A stretch of DNA of 63,840 nucleotides, filler included, from Choristocarpus tenellus KU-1152 (GCA_964200185.2; 13 parts of 13 records of this genome joined end to end with filler, not necessarily neighbours in it), one strand, 5' to 3'. Positions 23,501 to 37,527 are shown, counted from the whole stretch's first letter. Notes: generated by a model not told the origin, from the letters alone. A program made the numbers and translations.

Positions 23501-25388
23501 TGTCTTTTGACCTCCCTGGGCAGGAACCTCTGGTGGTGGTACCCTTGGTGCACTTCGAAAGACCACTGGAGTTGATGGGAAGGCATTTAATAGCTGAAAT
23601 GTTGCCTTGTATAGTGGTATAAAGTGCCTATGGTTGTGCTTAATGCAAAAGTAGTGGAATGATGCAGTGAATGTTTCCAACGGATAAAACACTTGAATGT
23701 AAGGCTAGGTCCCTGAGATTAGACTTGAGGAGTTGGCGAGGAAAGCATATGAGGGAGATGGATTGGGGTGCAAGGCGAAAGATTGATGAAGATCACCAAG
23801 TGAGAGTGATGAGGTGTGTGCGCCTGCCGTCTTCACAGATCTTAGTCTCTGTTATCCTGATGATCAAAGCTTAAGGGGAATGATCTCGTCTCTGCAGCTG
23901 TCAGTTGTGACCCGCCTAGAACTTGCTTCCCCCCCATATCCCAATTGTGCTGCACACCTGAGAGTTATCCAGATGTGTCCTACATGAGTTTTATATTTGA
24001 TAGAAGATCATAGGATGGGCAAAAGGCTCGTGAGGAAAGCCTTTCCCTGTCCATGATTGTGTTCAATACCCCATTGGGTACATGTACCCTTTGTGTCAGA
24101 GGGGGGGAATATAATGGGGCTGACCATTGGTTATCTAGACATGGCAAGGTATAGATGCCATCATCAGTCACTGTACTGTTTGTAGGTTTTCACAGTTTTG
24201 ATGCGTTGCTAAAGAGGCTAACGAGTAGTAACCTCATATTAACATTATTTTTCTTCACAATATCCTTCATGTAGGAAGTTTCATTTTCCCCTCTCCAAAA
24301 TTGGAACTGCTTCAGACATGGGAGTTTTGTTGTAGAAAGACCCTGCAATACATTATCCATGACCGATTTTGGAATATTTTCTCCGTTGGAGTTCGATCAA
24401 CAACTCGACATCCTTGTTGGGATGTGCTATCTAGAGTCTATGTTAAGTCAAAGTTTCAGAGGGCTACACATCATACACACACCTTCTCTTCTCATACTAC
24501 TCCATGGGTGCATTTTCCTTTAGCATGTACAAGTACAGAATCAAATAAGAGATTGGCAAAGCTCCATCAAGTGTTTGATTTGCAACATGGCATTGTGTAC
24601 AAAGACATCATTACGCAATGCAGTGATGAGCTTTGTATCATGGAACACAGTGTAGATTATCCTCTGTATAACCCACACAATTCAAGGGATGCTCTTTTGG
24701 AACAGTACATCTAAGCTGGATATGACCTGCTGACTCCACCTAGACCCACTACTGCACCCTGTATCTCCACAATTTCTTGCCCTGAAACTGGGTAACATTT
24801 GAACGTCTTACCATAACTTTGTATCACAAAGTGCGATGTGGATTGGTACTCACTCATCCAATGCACGCAGGTGTTGCCTGATGAGGATCCAACCATCACA
24901 AAATTGGCACTTCTGTAGTTCACTATAAGGACCACTGAGGGTCAGATCACTTTGGCCTTAGGTGTATGATCTGAGGTGCAATAGAATGAACAAAACATCT
25001 AGTGTACCTACACAGATGAAAGGGTTATCAAACACATCAGTTCCAGCAAAATAAACATTGAAAACAAAATATATCTACCTATGAAATCAAGCACATTGCC
25101 GTGTGCAGATTTGGAATGTCTTACTTACACAGATACATAAGTATACTCCAGAGTACATACATTATATGTCAGAAGCAGCAGCAGCAGAGAGAGAACAATT
25201 CGGCAACCATCTCCACACACGATATACTAGTGGTCTGTTCTTGGATTCAGGTTGAAGCAATAGCATAGTGCGTATCACACAGCAAGCCCCCCCCCCCCCA
25301 GACAAACCATATTTTCTAAAAAAACGTCACAATTCCGCAATCTACCGGCTCATTTCAGTTCCTGCCTCAGCTCTACTCAGTAGTCTCT

Positions 25389-25639
25389 TCATGGTAACGT
25401 CGGTGAGAGCAAGGGCGGTAGAGTAGGCATCAGGGGAAAACTTGAGGGTGGATGGGTAGGCGCCAGTGCCAGGAATAACCGTGCATTGGCATTCACAAGG
25501 GTTACAGCCTCCTCCAGTGAAACTCTTTTGGCCAATGCCACTTCCGAACACACCCTCATTATGTCTGATGTGCAGCCTTGGAAGCTGTGCCTGTCAGTCT
25601 CCACCAACACCTGGGAGTTGGGAATTAGTCGCAGCAGCT
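25389..25639 (-). CDS. TatD-family nuclease, terminal exon
   Basis: After an AAACACAG acceptor: LLRLIPNSQVLVETD...IMRVCSEVALAKRVSLEEAVTLVNANARLFL, the TatD C-terminal pattern (IP...L.ETD...A..K......N...LF). Upstream exons not confidently identified. Confidence 0.8.
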
Positions 25640-26131
25640 CTGTGTTTGACAGCAATGGAAACGGAGGCGGCGAGGAGGCGTTGTTATTTGTAGTAAAGTT
25701 TCTGCACCTCGGTGTTGATTAGATAGTCTCATCAAGAAAGCACAATGCATTTCCACGGATACTGCTAATCAAGAGTGACCGCCTGTTTCTTTTTGTAGAA
25801 ACTTGCCAACATGCCACTTTTTTCTTTCCTGAACTAGTGGAAGTTGCTCTTACCGGAACACGCACATTTCATGCGGCCACAAAATTACCGCACGCCATCT
25901 AGGCTGTGCTTACAACTTCGTAAACAGCCCTGGAAAAAAACCATCTCTCAGCACCAGAGGCCAAATTGTGCTTGGGTCCAGGGCAGCACTTTGTCTTACA
26001 AACAAAGGAACCTCAATTCAAAACTAAACAAGCAAGTCGAAGTGAGTGCATCCACAGAAATTGAGAAAGCTAACAGTGGACAAATACCATTCACCAGCCC
26101 ATGCTCTCCTCATTTCCTCCTCTGCTCCTTT

Positions 26132-26399
26132 GACCCAAAAAGTATCTGGGGGGGAGGNNNNNNNNNNCCCTTGACCAGAGAAGGGGGGGGGGGGGGGGGG
26201 GGGTTCTACACCAGAGTGTTCATTTGGACCAAAACCAGGAAAAGTGCACTTTCATTATGCATCCAACGTATGGAACCAAATCACCCAAAATTCGCGACAT
26301 GAAAAAATTGGCCCCAAATGGACAGTCGGCACCCCTCCCAGATACTTTGAGCCAGAGTCAAAAACGGACGCCGGCACCCCCCCCCAGGTACTTTGACCC
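26132..26399. mobile_element. MITE family D with duplicated right end
   Basis: GACCCAAAAAGTATCTGGGGGG...CCCAGATACTTTGAGCC (26353), then a second terminus CCCAGGTACTTTGACCC (26399); contains a 10-N gap. Confidence 0.8.
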
Positions 26400-28018
26400 A
26401 TTTTTTGGAGAGCATACATGAGGAGAGCTGGAGTGATGCGTGTACTTTCCGTGTATTTTGAAATTCATAGGGTGTAGAAAGCTTTAGAGGGCGCAGATGA
26501 AGCAAGTATGAAGTAAGGGAAACCACAATAGCTGAGCGACACCACCAAAGCCTCTGTAACAAGAGGGCCTTAATGTATGCTTCAGAGGCTATTCAAGAGC
26601 AACACATATACCTTGAGCATCACATGGTTGTGATCCATCTGTCACTGGCAACGTAATGTGGCAAGCACAGATTGGGTCAGATACCAGCAAATGCTCTGTA
26701 TCAGCAGGAGGAGAAGAAAAAAAAGAAGACCTGCAGTCACTATCAATGAAAAGGAGTACATCTCAAGATAGTCACCGGTACATGAAGGCAGAAATCCAGC
26801 GAGGGAAATGCAACCAACACTTACATCACCTTCTACCTACATGGTACAAGGGATAAAAGTACACATAACGATTGGTGGCATGGTGATTTTCAAACGCCGC
26901 CATCTCACCGTCTTACCTGACAGCTTTTTCCTCTCCTTCTCCCCTCGCATGTTCACCAATGCTGAGAATCCAAAAAATATTGCCACACCTCTAAGCCTGA
27001 GCCTTCAGGTGTGAGGGAGTGGTGTAGTGGAGGAGGGGGGGGGGATGGGAGGTGAGGGTAAGTAGACAGCAGAACCTCAAAATTGGACTTCAAGCATAGT
27101 GTAACCCCTAAAGCAGTATGCTCATGAGGAAACTCTAGACACCAAGTTTACAAAATAGGAAGGAGCACGCCCTTCCCCTCCTCAACGAGAACTTTGTCTC
27201 CCTCACCTCAAGATGTCCTTCGTTACTTCTATAGAGCCAGTGTATGAGCTGGCAGCCCAAGCAAAAAATAAAAAAAACGCACAAAAAAGGAGGGGGCGGG
27301 GGACAAACAAGAGGGGTGGGGGGGAGGAAGGTACACCATTGTGTAGGGTTGCACCAATGATTGCGGTGCTGTGCTAGCAAGGGAACATGTGGCATTCATC
27401 ACTGTGTCGCAATGCTTCCATGTTGGTGAATGCATTCGCCTTCCACTGCCATTGACTTGCATGCAAACCTCATCTCCATTCCATGTGTAGACTGACATCT
27501 AACACTTCATCCCAACTACATGATCCTGTCTGAGAAAACTGTACCTTCCAGGGGGGGNNNNNNNNNNNNNNNNNNNNNNNNNNNNNNNNNNNNNNNNNNN
27601 NTTAATTAATTAANNNNNNNNNNNNNNNNNNNNNNNNNNNNNNNNNNNNNNNNNNNNCGATAAAGAATAATGGTGGTTAAGTGAACCTGTAGGAAAAGGG
27701 GGATCTCAAATGACCCCCCCCCAACAAGCAGAGATGCCCATACAGACACATAACTGGAAGGTCTATTTTCTACATCACGCAACAAATCTACTCTATTGTC
27801 GTTTCAATCGTGACAGTTCAACCAGCTCCAGATTGATTAATCGGGATAACCAAACACACCTGAACCAAAACAAGAAAAAAAATAGTTTGGGTTATCCATT
27901 TTGTTTGTTTGAATTCACAAAGGTACAAGGAAAAGCACGTCTGCTGGAGAGCCATACATCACCTAACCATGTGTCCATGTCACAAGGTGTCACTACCCAC
28001 AACTAACTCACAACATAA

Positions 28019-28588
28019 GAGTGAAAGTATCTTTGAGGGTACGAGTTTTACCCTATCTGTCCGTTTGTTTGGGGCCTAGGTTCCCACGTTTTTTGTTAAT
28101 GACATTTTTCTACTCCGAAATGTTTCCGAGTAGGTAAAATGTGTTCGTTTGTATGGTGTCTTCCTATTGCTTGTTTTATTATTATTTTGTGCTTCCTACC
28201 TAAGTCAACGGTTATATCAAAGTAGTTGGATGCAAACTAAAAACCCATACATATTCCCATTCATAATCCTGATGTACCTTCTCATTAGTTACATCACATG
28301 GACTCAGTCAAAATGATAATCTCTCATACACAAAATAAGGTACACCTCACTGTTGTCCTATTTTGCACACTCCCCCGTGAGAGTGCAGGCAATGAAGGAT
28401 TATTGCAGGAACTCTCAAACCTAAAACATCTTATTCTGCACAAAATGTATACATTATGAAAAGGTGTGTCCAGAACAAGGATATTGACACTTCCTAACAA
28501 ACACGACAGCCAATCTGGCGTCCAAATTGGAACACTGGATTTTGGCCCCCAAACGGACGCGACTCTACCCTCTAAGATACTTTGACTC
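28019..28588. mobile_element. MITE family A, copy split by a ~290-bp insertion (or two half copies)
   Basis: Left half 28019-~28149, right half ~28442-28588; the AAAATGT...TT segment is repeated on both sides of the insert. Confidence 0.85.
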
Positions 28589-28929
28589 TCGTTCTTGTCA
28601 CAATTGATGTCAAGATACTGGAGTACATGATAATGAGCTTGAACTATTAGGATATCTGATGGGTCAAATGAACCCTATTGACTTCGTTTGACTTGTAAGT
28701 AATTCTGTATGTTTTCCTGTACCATGTCCCTTGCCTCTGACCCTTCTGTTTCTCAACTCACAAGTAAACAAATTTGAAAGAGAAGAAATGCGTACAGGTT
28801 TGACCCTTGACTTCAGTATCCCTCACCACCCTCTTAGTATCCTCTCCCCCCCTGCCACCCCAAACCCTGCCCTTTTCTGCCATTACGATTTGTCTTGCAC
28901 TCTCACCTCAACCCCTCTCTTCCTCACAG

Positions 28930-31453
28930 AGAGAGCGCATTTGAAAGAGATTGAGAAGCGCTGCCAGGTAGTCGAAGAGGAGCGAAGGTCTCTTGCTGTC
29001 AAGATTGCTGCCGCTGAGCGAACAATTGAAATTCAGCAGAAGGAATTGGAGGAGGTAGTGTGTTTGGAAGAATCCAGACATGTGTCTGGAGGGTGAAAGG
29101 AGAGGGAAAACACTGCAGTCAGTTGTTGGATTTTGACTCGGTAGAGTGTATCAAGCGATGAGGTTTTGGTGAAGGGTAAGCGTTCATCAAACACTACATG
29201 GGGGTGTATGTCTGTTTGTTTAATCATAACTTGAATACGCACAGGCTGATCTGCCTAAGAAAATAGTATTTAAGAGTCCAATCAAACGTACTACGGAAAT
29301 ATTTCAAGCTTCAATTTCAGGAGCAAGTTTTGAGGGTTACGCGGAATAGAAATTGCATGGGCATGTATCACACTGGTAGAGCTCCATACTTTCGAAATAG
29401 TTGGTACATGTCATGGTTGGCGACCAAATATGGATTTCCCGTTCTTCAAAACGGTTCATGGTACCATGACAGATTGGACGAAGTGTGTATCAGATCCACG
29501 TGTTTGATAGATACCCAGAAGATCCGACCAAGTCAAAGTATCTTAGAGGGTAGAGTTGCGTCCGTTTGGGGAAAAAAATCCAATGTTGCGATTTTGATGT
29601 AATTTTGACTATCTTGTTTGTTAGGAAATGTAATATAATTGTTCCAGACACACCGTTTCATAACGTACACATTCTACCCTACTCCGAAATATTTATATCG
29701 GATCAGGTAAAATGTCATAAAACAAAACGTGGGAAGCCAAGCCCCAAACGGACAAACAGGGAAAAACTCGTACCCTCTAAGATGCTTTCACTCGACCCTT
29801 GATAGGTGGTCATTAAACTTGAAGCATTGCAGTGGTAGCGTTGATCGTTGTGTTGGGGTACAGTACACTACTTTGTTCAAGATGGAAAATCGCTCTGCAA
29901 GTTGGAACCTGTACCTAAAGGCGCGCACAATACTATTAACTGTGAAGGTTACCCTAGTGATCACGGTGCCCAACTCTGTCCGCAAGTGAGATTGACCTAC
30001 ACTACAAAAAAGTGTGTGGTGTGGATGGTTGAAACTATCATCAGACATGTACACACAAACCTTCCCATGTCGGTACATACATACATTGCATTGAACCATC
30101 TTTATAGACATTGAGATGGTTGGGCAAGAACGTGGTGTGTTTTTTGGTGGCTTGTGGGTCCTGGCGGGAGAGTCGCTAGCTACACTCCTAGGAGTTCTCA
30201 GTCTGTCTCTTGGGGAAGACGTACTGTGTACATTACCAAGCTGGGGAACCACAAGGAGCTCTTGGTTGGTCTTATACGTCAAACTCGCTGTCCTTCCTGG
30301 TGGCCAGGTTATGTTGTTTCATCTTTTGCGGATCTGGGGGCGGTTTCCCTCGACCTGGTTGGCCACTGCTTGCATGTTTTCGTACATCTTCGTTACGAAA
30401 CAGCTGGATTAGGGTGAGAGTGAACCTCCAGATATCTGGGGGTTTCGAGGTTCACTGGCAGGNNNNNNNNNNTAGGTGTATCGCTGCATATTACACATAC
30501 CTTGAGCAGACAGTGAGTATCTATCTCGGCAGCCTTTCCTCTTCTTTCTGTATCCTTGTGTAGCTCTTCGGTATCGAATTGTGCACATATGCATGTGTAT
30601 GCTCAATGTATGTCTAGACTGTATGTGTGCGTACATGGTATGTATTATGCGTATGGAATGTATTGGTTTGTATGTTCTAAACTCCAAGATGTATCAATGT
30701 CATGTCGTACCACATCCAATCAATGGTGGCACCTCTACTAGCAACCTTCATGTTTTTATCGAAGTGTTGTATTGAATCTCTGCAGTACTTCCATCGTTTC
30801 CATATCTCAGGCGAATAGTACAATATTCAACAAACACTTGAGCTAACCATACCAAAAGATCATACAAATATCATCGTTTCGTTTCCTGTCTCAATGTGCC
30901 CATATGTGAAGCTGTGGACGATGGCGAAAAGAGTTTGGTGGATATGTAATCTCTGCCATTGAGTACACCTTATCCCGTTCAAGGATGTCAGTGACTTGAT
31001 ATCACAGAAAAAGACCATCAAAATGTTGGGAACGAAATTCTCTCTGTACCAATCAGTCATTTACACACATATGACACCAAGAAAGTGTGAGGTACGAAGT
31101 GAGACCAAGCTAGCGGGGATACGGAAAATTGGTGGAGTACATATAAGCATACCATCTCTTACATCCCTATCTTCCAACCCCCACTCCTCCCACCCAAAAT
31201 GTCACTTTTCCTTTATGCTCATACGGCCCTCCTCCCCCAACCCTAGCATAAAAGGGAGTCCGTGGAGACGGAAATGATGACCATCTAAGAGCAACTCTCT
31301 TCAGCACAGAGTGCTCTGATCTCTTCGGAGGTGCGCTTACGTGATGCAGAGAGGTTGAAGATGGAGACTGAGGAGCGAGAGAGAGAAGGTGTGACTGCTA
31401 GTAGCCAGGGCTTTGGAAGTAAACTGGCATCAGTGAAGTCAAGGACGGATGAG
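28930..31453 (+). CDS. Two exons (28930-29054, 31290-31453) of an unidentified coiled-coil protein
   Basis: AG/GT-bounded open exons: RAHLKEIEKRCQVVEEERRSLAVKIAAAERTIEIQQKELEE and QLSSAQSALISSEVRLRDAERLKMETEERERE... Phases require an intervening exon. Confidence 0.6.
29530..29793. mobile_element. MITE family A (reverse orientation), exact 4-bp TSD GACC
   Basis: GACC|AAGTCAAAGTATCTTAGAGGGTAG...TACCCTCTAAGATGCTTTCACTC|GACC. Confidence 0.93.
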
Positions 31454-33388
31454 GTGATTTTATGAGCTTTGGGGGGTAGAATATATGGGGCATACAATCT
31501 ATTCCTTGACTTCATGAATATATGAGAGGAAGTTCTGGGCCATCCTGTGACGTTTGATATTCCATCTTTCTTTTCAGGCATCTGCTTTCATAGAGCACAT
31601 GTATACACTCGTGGGTACCTTGTACGGGGGAAATGCATCACCCACCAAACTCGGGCCAATCTCAGGATGGATAATCTGACTTGAGAGATAGATACTTGAG
31701 TTGACACGGCTAGGAAGACTTATTCCAGTACCATGATAGCTTTAAGGTTACCTTGTGGCTCTTTCTTCAATACCTGTATGGAGTACATTTTTCAAATGTT
31801 GGTCACAAATTATACCGGACCAGAGTGCTGCTGTTGATACTGTTGTCCTGCACATAAAAGGGCTATACCACTAATATGTGTATTGAAAATCAATTGTGCG
31901 CAAATTTCCTCCCTGTCACAACAATGCACTAATTACTTGTACATGTGAAAACTTAGTCTAAAGCTCTGTAGCACCACAGAGCTGCTCTAGATATCTAGAA
32001 GATATTTAATTGAGAAGGAGACTCACAGGGGCTTTCTTGATCCCCATCTGGTCTCATTGGCTAGGACAAGATTCCACATTTTGGGTTTAGAGTATGAAAC
32101 GGCCCGTGTATGATGAGGTGGGTTGTTGCAAAACAACACAGATTGTGTTTCAATATTACACAGCACAGTAGCCTTCTCCATTTCCTGGTATTTCTGCACT
32201 TGTCTTGCGGGAATGTTCCATTCATTCCTCCTCCCATATATTGCCTCCCTATTCAGAACCTCTCAACCTTTCTTTGTATCTCTACTTGTGCAGCAGCCTC
32301 CTTATCTCTATCCTCTCTCTATGCCAACCCAACTCCTGCCATGATATTCTTGGACATATCAAGAAGAGAAACAAAAGGCATTCTCCATAGTACTAGTACT
32401 AGTATAGTGTTGGTATTATTGTCGTTGGTGGGTCGATAAATAGTTTGGAATTAGGGTTAGGGAAATTGTTTCCAAGTCAGAAAAAATGACAGAAGGAACT
32501 CGCTATTTTGGATAGAGCGTTCTGCTATTGAATCCTGTCAAAGCTACCTTCAGGGAGAGTTTCTTGAGTGCTTGTGGACCTCGACAAGTTATGTGTAGCA
32601 CGAAATTGTAGCGTAGTTAGAGGAAGTTTGGAAACAAAACTGACTTGGAGATATAGAATAACTATTTTGGCTATGGTTGGCAGCCGGCTATTTTCTCGGT
32701 ACCTGAGGGGTTTACTAAAATTCTAACAAAACCTAATCCCAGGAATCGCAAGTTGTTAGACTTGGTGTGATCTTGATCCAGAGTTGGTATTCCTGTGTCC
32801 AGTTACTAACGTCGGTTTGGTAGTTATGAAAGTGAGAATGGGTATCCTGCCTGCGTGCTAATCCTTCTGACAGATGTGTAATCATGACCAGATTCGATCC
32901 CACGAGATAGCGTGTGATGTAGAGTGTGCTAACACCTGGCCTACCCATATAGTAGTCATCTCACTACTCTGCTGACTCCTCTTGTTACACCTTACGAATA
33001 TACTAAAGTTCTAACTCACTATGTTTATCACAAGGCAATACTTGCTACACAATTCTATTTCTCCGCATATCCTCCATATACCCCTACCTCCTGCCCGGTT
33101 GATTGGATTGAATTAATTTCAATTTGATATTTAATCTGCTGAAAAATTGGCAACATTAAGCTATAAAGATGAAGATCCAGAAGCTAAGCCCAAGGTGGGG
33201 GCTGCAGCTGTATGAGATGTAGAGGCGGGTACCTTAGCACAGGGCTGTCAAGAGGGGGAACGAGTGCAATGTTACCAGCAATGATGTTGAAAGTCAGCAA
33301 TATGCACGAGCCGGCAAACCAGCTTGTAGGACGATTAGGGCGCCTCACCTAGTCCACTAGTAACATCACCATATCAATATGGACAACC

Positions 33389-33440
33389 GAGTGAAACTAT
33401 CTTAGAGGGTACGAATTTTTCCCTGTTTGTCCATTTGTGG
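33389..33440. mobile_element. MITE family A, left end cut by linker
   Basis: GAGTGAAACTATCTTAGAGGGTACGAATTTTTCCCTGTTTGTCC. Confidence 0.85.
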
Positions 33441-35042
33441 NNNNNNNNNNNNNNNNNNNNNNNNNNNNNNNNNNNNNNNNNNNNTTAATTAATTAANNNN
33501 NNNNNNNNNNNNNNNNNNNNNNNNNNNNNNNNNNNNNNNNGTACCAGAAGTCAGTGAGCATGCAAGTCATCATTCCACCTTCCACGAGGCAATTTCTCTC
33601 GACTAGCAACAGGGAGTAATATACAGTTCGTGGTCTGTTCCTTTATCATTGCATCAGTGCCTCTAACAGTTAACAATTGATCACAATCAAGATGAAGAAA
33701 AAGAGTGGAGGTCGTGTCCTCTTCCAAGATACATAATCTTTCTACTGTAGTGTTGTCCTGTCTACAATGGTGAGGAGTTCGCACTGCCTTCCCTCTTATA
33801 CCTCTTCAAGTGTGCCTTGTTGATTTCACTCTGCATCACATATTGGTGTTGCATGACGTCCCTCCAGTAGTAGTCCCTCTCATCAACAAAGTAGGGTAGA
33901 GGTTGATGTTTGAGGAAGAAAAAAGCCTTTCCAATGGTAAAATAATGATAAGTTTAACGACAACATTTTGAATGTACTCAAAAGATATTCCTTGCATCCA
34001 CATAGATTGGTACCCGTCTTGAAAGCACTGCTACTGCAAGAGTTCGACCTTGTCAATAACTACCCAGTGAGCGTGGTTCCATATCACCCCCATCGTGTAT
34101 TCGTTCCCCTCGCAGTTGGCGATCCAGACCGAAGTTCCTCTTCAACCTGAAAGGGTCGGTCCGACACGAGAGGGTGATACATATTCCTCTCACAACGTCG
34201 AGCATCCACTTCGTTCGGACTGCGCGCACAACCTCGATCCTTTCGGTCAAGATTTCAGTTAGCTTACACATCCTCTGCGCAAATGGAACGGTCCCCGTAC
34301 ACAGTTACGCCCACTGATGTCGGTGTTGCGAGGTGTGTTCGAAGATATCAGCGAAAAGACTCTTGATCCTAGCTCTTCTTAGATCTTTTGCAATGCGAGA
34401 GTTTGGGATTATTTTTTGATCTCAAACGAATGCCAACACCGTCTCCTATGCTTCGACCTTACACTGCATCGAATACTCTCGGGCCAAGGCCTGCAGGCCC
34501 TATGTCGCCTTGAACCCTCCCAAGGATAACAGGGCATGATCTTTGCCCCCTTCTCCAGCAATATTGCCCTTAACAATATTATGATATTGATGAGGTAACC
34601 CAGACTTGCTTTACTCTTAGGCAGGGGACTTGTAGATACCCTGGTATAAGGCGCTCACTCTCTGCGCCGTGTAAAGAGATCAAAACTTGCCATGTGTTGA
34701 TTGTTCTTCCTCCTCTAACCAACTCCCGTTGTCTCGTCTTCTCGCAGGCGCTTTTCATGGACCAAAAAAGAGGATGATGCTCTCATCGGCCTTGTTGATG
34801 TGCACATGTGGAGAAGCTTGGCGCACATAAGGCTCGTCGCCGGAAGCTAATAGTTGAATTACGTGGTAAGGCACACACTGAATTGTTATTTATCTGCAAG
34901 GTATTGTCCACTTGATGCTATTGTCCCACTATACCATTTGTAATGACCCACTAACTCACCATAACATACCGCTGTGTACGTTACTTGTATTGTACTAAAC
35001 TAAAGAGATCAACTTATATACAAGCTATGTTGTATACTTGGA

Positions 35043-36801
35043 TCAGCACAGATAATGTAAGTATAACACCAGGATATTCGACATCCTCCCCTTGCTGAAT
35101 ACAAGTATTAACTCTGAAACAATCACAAGAAAAAGAAAACACACATGTTGCCTCACATTTTCATCAGTTCTGTCACGTGAAATCTCACAACCTATATAAT
35201 ACTCAAGATCACCAAAATCTTCTATGGAAAAATGCTCTTTGATCCAAGAGCGAACCCATATCAAAACATCAATTTTATCAGCTACCAATAGATCATCTAC
35301 GTGGGGGGCTATCACCGCACAAAAAACGTCATCTCTTATTTAGCATAACACACAAGGGTCTTCTTTGCATTGCTCAAAACCATACTTTTCCAAAACGTGA
35401 ACCAACAGATTATTACACTCTCTGCTTGCCTGTTTGGTGCCATAAATTGCCTTGATCAAACGCACAATCCTTCCAGACCATTTACCACATCCATCACACA
35501 AACAAAGATCTCTTCATTTATATCTGCTTGGATAAATACCTGTTTCACATCCCAATGCTTCAATTCCCAATTCTTGTCTGCAGCTAAAGCTAAAGCCATT
35601 ATCAAAGATGCAGGGGACGGTATGGGTGCAAAGATATCTTGGTAATCTAAACCTTCAATCTGTCGAAAACATATTGCTGCCAAACGTGCCTTGTACCTAA
35701 CTACCTCACCCAATTTGCTAGTCTTACGCTTGTGAATCAATTTAGTGTCTATAGTCCTGCGTCCAGGGGGTGCTACGGCCTCCGCCCAAACATTCAACAA
35801 CAAACCAGACATTTCTTCCGCTCTACCTCGATCCCATAAATCACATTAGGGAGAGCTTCGTGCTGCTCTTACAGTCTTGGGTTCTGGAGGGAATTCAACC
35901 GCTAACACTCTAATAGAATCACCACTCGCACACATCACAAGGGTAGTAAATATTGAAATTGGAAATGTCAAAAACAGCAGCTTTGGCGGAAGGAGGAAGG
36001 CGGATGATTGCCTGATCTGGTGCAGTGGGAAAGGATGTTGTCTTCACCTTTGCCAATGCTGAGTCGTCGTAATTCCCTTTCACACTGGCTGTCCTTGGCC
36101 TCATCCACCCCATCATCATCACCATCATTGCTATCCACTTCCTTATTCCTACTAACAGAACGTGAAGAGAGAAGATTGAAAGTTACTTTCGGGACATATG
36201 CAACAGGCGTCAGAGTACCATGCAGCACCCACTCATCACGGCCAACATTGAAATCAAAATATCAATCTTGCCATACCCCACAATGGGTAGTGATGTTCCG
36301 TCAACCACGGTCATGTTGTGGCCTTGTAGACATGTGGTGAAGTGATACATGTACTGGGAGTCTTTCGTTAAACTGTTGGAAGCACCCGAATCAAAACTCC
36401 ACGTTTCGAAAGCATTCAATCTCACCTTGCCATTATCAAGTCACAGTGGCTAATATGGTCTCGAACTTCCTTCATTCCCTAGCTCGTTCATCTGGTTCAG
36501 CTAGTATTCCCACCGACTCGAACAGGTTTGCCCTCCTCTAGGGGCACACAGCTCGAACGGGTGGCCATTCTTCCCGCAGCTGTAACACGGTCTTTCAGAT
36601 TTACTGGAACCGAAACATCTAACCAATCCATACTATCACAGCTCTGTCGGGTCTGGGTTAGCCTCCTGGAACGGGCTCCTGTCGTTCCAGGGTCAATACG
36701 GTGACCAGTCGTACCCCGGCTGCCACCTCGTCAAGCCTTTTTCACGGTCCTCGCGGCCAGAGCGCTCTCGGGCTCTCCGCCATCTCCTACCTCTCGTTGG
36801 G
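35043..36801 (-). mobile_element. Degenerate, internally deleted Ty1/Copia LTR retrotransposon (gag zinc knuckle, protease, partial RT)
   Basis: CYSCGKNGHP knuckle (~36560-36590); WSFDSGAS protease; RT motifs YKARL...RQIEGLDY..IFAP, WDVKQ.FI, KAIYGTKQA, DPCV, HVDDLL, DFGDLEYYIG; polypurine tract AGCAAGGGGAGGA followed by TG at ~35083 (probable 3' LTR start). No integrase or RNase H motifs seen. Confidence 0.9.
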
Positions 36802-37014
36802 NNNNNNNNNNNNNNNNNNNNNNNNNNNNNNNNNNNNNNNNNNNNTTAATTAATTAANNNNNNNNNNNNNNNNNNNNNNNNNNNNNNNNNNNNNNNNNNN
36901 NATGATCCCTTGTAGCCCAACCCTAACACTTTTTTCTCGTTTCCTTAAGCCACTCTGGCTCGCACAGCTTCAAAACAGCCAGGGCCTGCTGCAACTGTCG
37001 ACTACTAAGATATT

Positions 37015-37527
37015 CTACACCCGGGTTTCGCTTAGGCGTTTCCTGAGCGCAATGGCACGCAGTCGCACTGCTCTCTCCCTCAATCTTCCCTTCAGGCAGT
37101 CACCCCCCTTCTCCCTTCGCCTGCCGTAACCAGGCTTCCCCACAGGTTTCGTCACTGTACCACCTGGTGATGTACTCGCCGTTCTCTTCCTGGTTTCCCG
37201 AGGTGGCAGAGACTGCAGAACAGTGCTCCGACATGGTTGAAGATCCAACCACTTTTGTGTGGTAATGTTTTCCATGCATCTTCTCTCAGCGTCAGCGTCA
37301 CGGCCCCATGATCCATTTTGTGAATTGATTATGCTGCTGCGCCATAGTACACGCACTTTCTCGTCACCTAACTTCGCACTGAGTGTCACACGGTATTTTC
37401 TTTTCCGTCCCCTCTCGACAGAGAAGGTGCCAAGGGTATATCCAGGGGGCAGAGTGACCTCCTCGGCTCTCCTTGTCTCACTCTCGTGGTTCATGTTGCT
37501 GTGTAAGTCACATGTGTGTGTGCTCAC
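37015..37527 (-). other. Intronless 170-aa basic ORF of unknown origin, possibly transposon-derived
   Basis: Long ORF, Arg/Lys-rich, no recognisable motif, lies next to a contig end. Confidence 0.3.

Noticed and set aside
29800-30460. 164-aa minus-strand ORF as a host gene
   Set aside because: No motifs; it lies between plus-strand exons next to a MITE and is more likely decayed retroelement sequence.
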